Below, in pieces: positions 26,667 to 32,000 of a DNA stretch of 32,000 bases; within the stretch, counting starts at the first letter, position 1, and each line of letters opens with the position of its first letter. The notes under the pieces are model-generated. The model searched no databases. It was not told the DNA's origin and worked only from the letters and a program-made list of their open reading frames with translations. A program made the position numbers and the translations under genes. Location of the stretch: assembly GCA_030149205.1 (NCBI GenBank), contig JASBSB010000003.1, positions 30,001 through 62,000 on the forward strand, in the 5' to 3' direction. This DNA is from Candidatus Heimdallarchaeota archaeon (lineage in GTDB: Archaea; Asgardarchaeota; Heimdallarchaeia; Heimdallarchaeales; Kariarchaeaceae).

Positions 26667-28694
26667 CTATTTTTCTATATTAAATTCTGAGAGGATAGTG
26701 TTCAATTCACTTGCGACTGTAGCAATTTCTGCAGCTTGGTAACTTATTTCATGTAACATTGAAACCTGTTCTGTTGTGGCTGCATTAGCTTCCTGTGTGT
26801 TTGATGCTGTGGTTTCTGAAATATCTCTAATATCGCTAACCTCATGTATCACATTGTCAATTGTTCGACTAATCTTAAATGAGATCTCATCAATTAACCC
26901 AGAAATTTGATTTGCATAGTTCTTCGTATCGTCAGAGAATTCCCTAACATTTTCCGCAACAATACTAAACCCTCTACCAAAATCACCAGCTTTTGCGGCT
27001 TCAATCGATGCGTTTAAACCTAGGATGTTTGTCCTCTTTGCCACTTTCTGGACAAAGATAGAGGTGTCTGCTATCCTTGAGGTAGCATCTGTGACTTCTT
27101 TAAGGTGTCCCTTTAACTTATCTGATACCTCAGCGATTAATCTGTTTTGTTCACTTGCACCATATGCGATGCTAGAGATTGTATCAGATACCTGTGAGAT
27201 TGATGCAGAGGCTTCTTCAGAACTTGAAGCCATGGTTTCAGAGATTGATGAAAGGGTTTCACTAGACTCTGCAAGTTTTGCTATGAGAAATTGCAGAGAT
27301 TCCACGACCGAATTAAACCCGATTTGGATCCTCCCAATTTCTCCAGCTGATATATGCTTAAATTTCTTTATGCTAAGGTCTCTTTCAATGATCTTAGAGA
27401 AACCTTTGTCAAGTTGGATTGTCAATCTACGTAAATTAATCAAGAGAGGTACAACGAATAAAAATATCAACAATCCAATAAGTGAAACAAGAATAAGCCT
27501 AACCAAAAATATCTGATTCAATCTTTGTTGAATATAACCGGTTAATAGAATTCTAAAGTTTTGACTTTGAGCAGAAACAATAGCAATCAAAGTCGAAAAA
27601 TCACTAATTATCTGTGAAATCTTAGCTGGGACAACCAATGTTGATGTATCTATTAAAGATTGGATACTTGTAGAGACAATATCTAAGAACTGTAAAGACT
27701 TCTTTGTTGTTGGATAAATAGCATTTGTTGAGTTGAAGCTGATATTATATAAATCCTTGAATAGCTTTGATTCATTACTCTGTAGTTTAATGTATCCTAC
27801 GGAATTCGGGTTTAAGACCTGTTGAAGTGAGGAGTTAGCTGAAAGTTGGAAAAGATCAATTTTTTGACGGAACCTTGATGCCTCTCTTTGTATAACTGAA
27901 ATTTTCTCTGTGAACATTACAGCGTTAAACTGCACTAAGAAAGAATAAAGTTCATTTAAGTTTGTCTTTACATTATCTGCTACTTTGAGGACTGAATAAG
28001 CATACTTTAGAAGAGTACTGTTATTTGTTGCATTCGCTGTCTGGAAAAGTGTATGTAAACTCGTGGTAATTTCACTTAATTTTATTGTAACATTGGCAAA
28101 GGTTCCAGTTTGAGAAAGACTACTTCCTTGTCTATAGAACCCAGTTAGATTCGCAACCGTGTCAGCAAAATTGTTTAAGTTATTATAATAATTTATTTGG
28201 TCAGTAGATAGTGTTGAGAAAATGGGTGGTAATCCGAACTTCATCTCATTTTTCACATTGTCGAACAAGATGTTGATGGCGCTTGAATTTAACAAGTTAA
28301 TACTGGTTTTATATTGATTTAGATTGTATCCTTCGTTATCTCTCTGAGTAATTTTTTGACTAAGTAAACCCAGTAGGGAATTAATTTTGGTTAGATTTTT
28401 ATTGTAATCAAGTGTTTGAGGGCTTTTCTCTCTCCAACTAACAAGCAACCCATCAACTGACTGAGATTGGAACAGGTTTACCATCTCCTGCTGAACTTGA
28501 TACATTAAATTAGTTATATTTTGATCTCTTAACTGGTACTGAGACCCCCTGTTTATATCTGATGCTAACTGAAGGTTTTGAGTTCTGTTGTATGCCTCAG
28601 GTATAACTAGAGCCATTATGAGTAACAAAATCACTAAAACCACACGTGTGGTTATTGATAACGTTCTTCTGGAATGAAGATTTTCTGCTGACAA
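26667..28694 (-). CDS. Methyl-accepting chemotaxis protein with a large helical extracellular sensor and a short signalling domain
   Basis: Two TM helices flank about 360 aa rich in sequons; tip VAKRTNILGLNASIEAAKAGDFGRGFSIVAENVR; methylation-consensus segments ASSSEEASAS and ASNTQEANAA. TTG start with a GAGGT SD. Confidence 0.93.
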   Translation of the reverse strand: MSAENLHSRRTLSITTRVVLVILLLIMALVIPEAYNRTQNLQLASDINRGSQYQLRDQNITNLMYQVQQEMVNLFQSQSVDGLLVSWREKSPQTLDYNKNLTKINSLLGLLSQKITQRDNEGYNLNQYKTSINLLNSSAINILFDNVKNEMKFGLPPIFSTLSTDQINYYNNLNNFADTVANLTGFYRQGSSLSQTGTFANVTIKLSEITTSLHTLFQTANATNNSTLLKYAYSVLKVADNVKTNLNELYSFLVQFNAVMFTEKISVIQREASRFRQKIDLFQLSANSSLQQVLNPNSVGYIKLQSNESKLFKDLYNISFNSTNAIYPTTKKSLQFLDIVSTSIQSLIDTSTLVVPAKISQIISDFSTLIAIVSAQSQNFRILLTGYIQQRLNQIFLVRLILVSLIGLLIFLFVVPLLINLRRLTIQLDKGFSKIIERDLSIKKFKHISAGEIGRIQIGFNSVVESLQFLIAKLAESSETLSSISETMASSSEEASASISQVSDTISSIAYGASEQNRLIAEVSDKLKGHLKEVTDATSRIADTSIFVQKVAKRTNILGLNASIEAAKAGDFGRGFSIVAENVREFSDDTKNYANQISGLIDEISFKISRTIDNVIHEVSDIRDISETTASNTQEANAATTEQVSMLHEISYQAAEIATVASELNTILSEFNIEK

Positions 28695-28700
28695 TCTTTC

Positions 28701-28733
28701 TTACCTCTATAGCTTTGATTTATTTTTAAGCTA
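28701..28733 (-). promoter_or_regulatory. TATA-like element (TAGCTTAAAAATAAA) and SD (AGAGGTAA) of the second MCP gene
   Basis: The TATA-like run lies 28-35 nt upstream of TTG 28694, and the SD ends 6 nt upstream of it. Confidence 0.5.
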
Positions 28734-28777
28734 AAAAAGGTATTGAGAGTATTTCAATTGAATTATAAATAATTTGT

Positions 28778-29782
28778 CTATAATTCCCTAGTGGGGGATT
28801 GTGAAGAATTAAATAAATAGTTACCCAATACACGTAATGCTGGGCTGCCTCTAATTTCTTGGTCGAAAAATGGGATTTGGATTATGTTATATGATGCAAA
28901 AAGCCTTTGAAGTGTTTCTAAACTTTTTTTCTGTCCAGAAGATCTTGCCATACAAAATTTACAGTCCAAATTTTCAGGCATTATTTGATTGACAATAATG
29001 GAATTTACCTTGATATTTTGTCTCTTCAATTCAGCAACAAGCCTTTCAGATTCGTTTATTGCCATCACAGTAGGTATTGTAACGACGATGAATTCTGTTT
29101 TCTTCTCGTCCTGGAAAAACATACGCAAATCTTCAATCATCGTCTGAAGATTCTCTATAACCTCAATAGTTCGATCTTTTTGAGTTTCCACTCCAAAGAT
29201 TGATTTAAATCCCCCAAATATGTTGTTAATTTTAGCTTTAAGTCTCATTGTTTTGCTTAGAAAAACATCCAAAAAGCCAGGTAGTGATAATAATCTCAAA
29301 GTGTGGCCTGTTGGTGCAGTGTCAAAAACCACCTTTTGATACCCTTCATATTCTGGTTGTTTTAGAACCTGAAGAATTTTTGCAATTGCCAGAGCTTCAT
29401 CAAATCCAGGTGGCATTGTTGTCAACAAATCGTTTATCTCTTCTAGGCCAAAGGAATTTATTGATTGTTTCAATTCATCTTTGCTGCTTCCCGCCATGTT
29501 TAATAAGTCTGCAAAATCATCTGATGATTGTTCGGGATCAAGTTCCAGGGCAAATAAATCTCCATTAGAATCAATGACTTTTGTTATTTGACCTTGGATA
29601 AAAATTTGATCGAATGAATCAGAGAGTGAATGAGCTGGGTCTGTAGAGATTACCAGAGTTTTTTGACCAGCTTCTGCCAAGGATAATGCAGTAGCTGCAG
29701 CGGAGGAGGTTTTACCGGTACCACCTTTTCCGCCGACTAAAATGAATCTCTTTTCATTATCACTTAGAAGATAACTTAACAT
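28778..29782 (-). CDS. ArsA/Get3(TRC40)-family ATPase; single-domain, Get3-like
   Basis: Deviant Walker A GGKGGTGKTS, switch I STDPAHSLSD, PPGFDEA, switch II DTAPTGHTLRLL, and C-terminal CKFC. Confidence 0.92.
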   Translation of the reverse strand: MLSYLLSDNEKRFILVGGKGGTGKTSSAAATALSLAEAGQKTLVISTDPAHSLSDSFDQIFIQGQITKVIDSNGDLFALELDPEQSSDDFADLLNMAGSSKDELKQSINSFGLEEINDLLTTMPPGFDEALAIAKILQVLKQPEYEGYQKVVFDTAPTGHTLRLLSLPGFLDVFLSKTMRLKAKINNIFGGFKSIFGVETQKDRTIEVIENLQTMIEDLRMFFQDEKKTEFIVVTIPTVMAINESERLVAELKRQNIKVNSIIVNQIMPENLDCKFCMARSSGQKKSLETLQRLFASYNIIQIPFFDQEIRGSPALRVLGNYLFNSSQSPTREL

Positions 29783-29790
29783 TTTGTCAC

Positions 29791-30360
29791 CTATTGAAAG
29801 AACTGCTTCTTAACAATTAAGATTATGATGGGTATCAATAAAATTAGTGAACTCATCAAAAATATATTTTGCCATTGAACCTGTAAAGTAGATGGAGGTT
29901 GGCCCAGTCTAACTTCTAAATAAACTGGATCAGATTTTGCAGAATATTTGTTCCCGTTTGCATCTTGATAGCTAATGGTTGTTGGTTCAAGTGTAAAATT
30001 CCCTGATTTTTTGAAGATTAAATCATATGAATACACATAACTTGAGTTACTGTCAAATTCCAACAATTTAGGAGAGGTGAATCCAATTACATTTTGTGCA
30101 GTCCACGTTGAGAAGGCTGGTTCAGTGATGCTTAGGTTGAATGCTTTTTGTAATCCAAAATTTGTTATATTCACAGAAACTCTAATTGCAGAATTCACCA
30201 GTATGAAACCTGTAACGTTAGCATATTTTTGAATTTGTAATGCTGGCGTGTTCGGTATTGGGGTATGATTATATATTGGTATAGATGATACAGAATGAAC
30301 CTGAATCAATAGAAAAAAGACAAATCCTAACACTGCCATATACCTAAGAATCTTTTTCAT
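29791..30360 (-). CDS. Secreted Ig-like (BatD/DUF11-like) protein with a C-terminal TM anchor
   Basis: Signal peptide; LQIQKY...VSVNITNFG...AFNLSITEP; YSYDL...GNFTLEPTTISY; C-terminal TM helix followed by KKQFFQ. Its stop overlaps the GGTGA SD of the Get3-like gene. Confidence 0.75.
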   Translation of the reverse strand: MKKILRYMAVLGFVFFLLIQVHSVSSIPIYNHTPIPNTPALQIQKYANVTGFILVNSAIRVSVNITNFGLQKAFNLSITEPAFSTWTAQNVIGFTSPKLLEFDSNSSYVYSYDLIFKKSGNFTLEPTTISYQDANGNKYSAKSDPVYLEVRLGQPPSTLQVQWQNIFLMSSLILLIPIIILIVKKQFFQ

Positions 30361-30536
30361 CAGGTTGAAATCAAATACTTGGGTTATAAACTTGTCACTC
30401 TTGACTTACACTAATAAATTATTGAACTTTAGAAATTTCCTTCCCACCATTATTTAGTATTGAGACCTTGTATTCGTTGAAGTAGAGATGTGTAAATTAA
30501 TTATAAAATGGGAAACGGTTTTCTATATTGTTGAGT

Positions 30537-30974
30537 TTATGTAAAGCTTACGTTTGGAATTTTATATGTGGTTGAACTTTGCCCTGTTGGAGTCCATGTG
30601 ATAAGAACATCATATGTTCCAGCTGTGACACCAGTAAAGTAAAAGGTGACTGTATTCGAACCTTTCGTCACAGCAATTGCCGTATTCGGAGTCCTAGTAA
30701 CTGTTGCTGAGGAGTTTATTAGTTCAACTTGTGTAATTTGACCCGGATTTGAAGCGTCTAGAACTACTTTGTATGTAGCGACATTTGTTGAATTAACTGT
30801 TGAAGTAAGGCTATTTGTTAAGGTTAATGTTCCTTTCGGTGTCAGTAGTGGTAATACAAAGGCATAAATTACTGCACCTGCTGCAACAGTCAGAGCTATT
30901 AGTAATACTACTGCAATGACCGGAGAAACTGATTTCGCTTTCTTTTCGATAGATACCATGATTTTTTTCACCAT
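30537..30974 (-). CDS. Archaeal type IV pilin (class III signal peptide)
   Basis: EKKAKS|VSPVIAVVLLIALTVAAGAVIY followed by a T/N-rich beta domain. The start is likely ATG 30974 or 30959 rather than TTG 30986. Confidence 0.88.
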   Translation of the reverse strand: MVKKIMVSIEKKAKSVSPVIAVVLLIALTVAAGAVIYAFVLPLLTPKGTLTLTNSLTSTVNSTNVATYKVVLDASNPGQITQVELINSSATVTRTPNTAIAVTKGSNTVTFYFTGVTAGTYDVLITWTPTGQSSTTYKIPNVSFT

Positions 30975-31084
30975 TGGTTTTGGCAAATCAGATTGTTTGA
31001 TTTCCCGTATAACAATTCATCTTATGGTATTTAACTTTTATTGCTAATTATCTCTGTTATTCTGTTAAAAAAGTCAGTTATGAC

Positions 31085-31573
31085 TTACTGTACAAGCTCT
31101 TTAACCATTACCAATGCACTTTCTCCATCATTATAATATCTTTCAAGTGTTTTTGCAACGAAAAAGCTTAAATTCTTATAGAGATGAATTGCTGCCACAT
31201 TTGATTCCCTGACCTCCAGAGTTACCTCCTTAATATTCTCCATCAAAAGTAGCCTGTTTAACACAAAATCCATCATACCTTTTCCAACTCCTTGACGTCT
31301 ATATTCTGGTAACACAGCAACACTAATAATGTGACCTTTTGGATATTTTTTAAGAAATAACTGTGAAAGTGGAAATTTCTCAATACGGGTAATTATATAA
31401 CCAATAATTTTTTTATCACTGACGGCTACAACACTGCTTTCCTTCCAATCTTTGATTAACTGAATAAAGTAACCTACGGGATAGTTTTCTGGGAGAGAGA
31501 TTCTGTTAATAGCTATTATACTTTCAAGATCATCAATGCTTGGATTTCTATAGGTGATGATTGATTGTTCCAT
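31085..31573 (-). CDS. ard1: N-terminal acetyltransferase, Ard1/Naa10-type GNAT
   Basis: INRISLPENYP (Ard1/Naa10 signature), KGHIISVAV, RRQGVG, LEVRESN and YYNDGE; the pattern is very similar to Sulfolobus Ard1. Confidence 0.9.
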   Translation of the reverse strand: MEQSIITYRNPSIDDLESIIAINRISLPENYPVGYFIQLIKDWKESSVVAVSDKKIIGYIITRIEKFPLSQLFLKKYPKGHIISVAVLPEYRRQGVGKGMMDFVLNRLLLMENIKEVTLEVRESNVAAIHLYKNLSFFVAKTLERYYNDGESALVMVKELVQ

Positions 31574-31645
31574 TAGTTAAATCGTTTAAAACAAACCCAT
31601 TTATAATTCTCATGATTGTCATTCTAAAAATCGTGAAAAGTTTTT

Positions 31646-31999
31646 TCAAATTGCCTTATATTGCAAATCGTGAGTGTAATTCAATGTGTAACTACTCAAT
31701 ATACCACTAACCACAACTTTGATATCTATAGGTAAATTTTGATCAACATTTAGAACTTTTGATGTGTCAAAAATTAGGGTTCCTCCAATGACAACTTTTC
31801 CAACTAAACGACCCATTATATTCCAATCTGTATTTGAAAGCAAGGTTCCAGTGATGGTAGATAACTTTACATTTATCTCAGAGATATGTTCTGCAAGGTT
31901 TCCGGGATCAGAAATCTGAAGCTGTATCTGATAAAATAGGTAGGTTTTTATTGTACCGTTTACTGTTAATTGGTAAGACCTTCTAAATGAGGTGTCGAC
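31646..31999 (-). CDS. C-terminal part of a beta-rich hypothetical protein, truncated by the window edge
   Basis: By hand translation the frame is open from 31999 (VDTSFRRSYQLTVNGTIKTYLFYQIQLQISDPGNL...) to the stop at 31646, so the listed 65-aa ORF is only its tail. Confidence 0.7.
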   Translation of the reverse strand, partial: VDTSFRRSYQLTVNGTIKTYLFYQIQLQISDPGNLAEHISEINVKLSTITGTLLSNTDWNIMGRLVGKVVIGGTLIFDTSKVLNVDQNLPIDIKVVVSGILSSYTLNYTHDLQYKAI

Positions 32000-32000
32000 C

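Noticed and set aside
79-29568. About 25 short ORFs (60-163 aa) overlapping longer genes, e.g. 79-315, 1427-1624, 2135-2353, 4301-4540, 5739-6005, 9097-9339, 19246-19503, 25494-25694, 27025-27516 and 29248-29568
   Set aside because: They are antisense or alternative-frame shadows of well-supported genes, with no recognisable motifs.
28778-29782. Arsenite efflux ATPase (arsA) annotation
   Set aside because: It has a single ATPase domain, lacks the metalloid-binding Cys set, has no arsB/acr3/arsR/arsD nearby, and has a Get3-type CxxC.
30361-30536. Longest spacers (also 8292-8527 and 24698-24854) checked for tRNA, ncRNA or CRISPR
   Set aside because: They are AT-rich, with no GC-rich stems, T-loop (GTTCGA-like) motif or regularly spaced repeats.
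1-32000. Mobile element or provirus, given the strong minus-strand bias
   Set aside because: There is no integrase, transposase, terminal repeat or viral hallmark gene, and core housekeeping genes are interspersed throughout.

Overview
AT-rich (roughly one-third GC by eye), gene-dense archaeal window with 26 supportable CDS, 23 of them on the minus strand. I found no rRNA, tRNA, CRISPR array or mobile element. The gene content points by inference to an Asgard archaeon, most likely Heimdallarchaeia: a Rab-like small GTPase, longin and uDENN-like domains, a gelsolin-like domain, Get3 with CxxC, Ard1, an archaeal pilin and chemoreceptors. Housekeeping genes (mscS, amidohydrolase, eno, folE, tmk, ltaE, ard1) are interleaved with two unusual blocks. 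Block 1 (about 2.4-10.2 kb) holds an intact CheY-like receiver fused to an FLCN/NPRL2-type uDENN/longin domain, a short (about 28-heptad) chemoreceptor, a Rab-like GTPase with degenerate G1/G3 motifs, a tandem-longin protein, and a uDENN-like domain fused to a gelsolin-like domain. It is a candidate link from prokaryotic phosphorelay or chemosensing to eukaryote-like GTPase and actin control. Block 2 (15.2-24.7 kb) is a tightly coupled four-gene cell-surface operon: a transglutaminase-like protein that has lost its catalytic Cys, a 1352-aa Ig-rich DUF4129 membrane protein, a stand-alone DUF4129 and a DUF4350 protein. The MoxR ATPase and DUF58 genes that usually accompany this set are absent from the window. 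All domain calls come from reading motifs by eye; no database searches were run.
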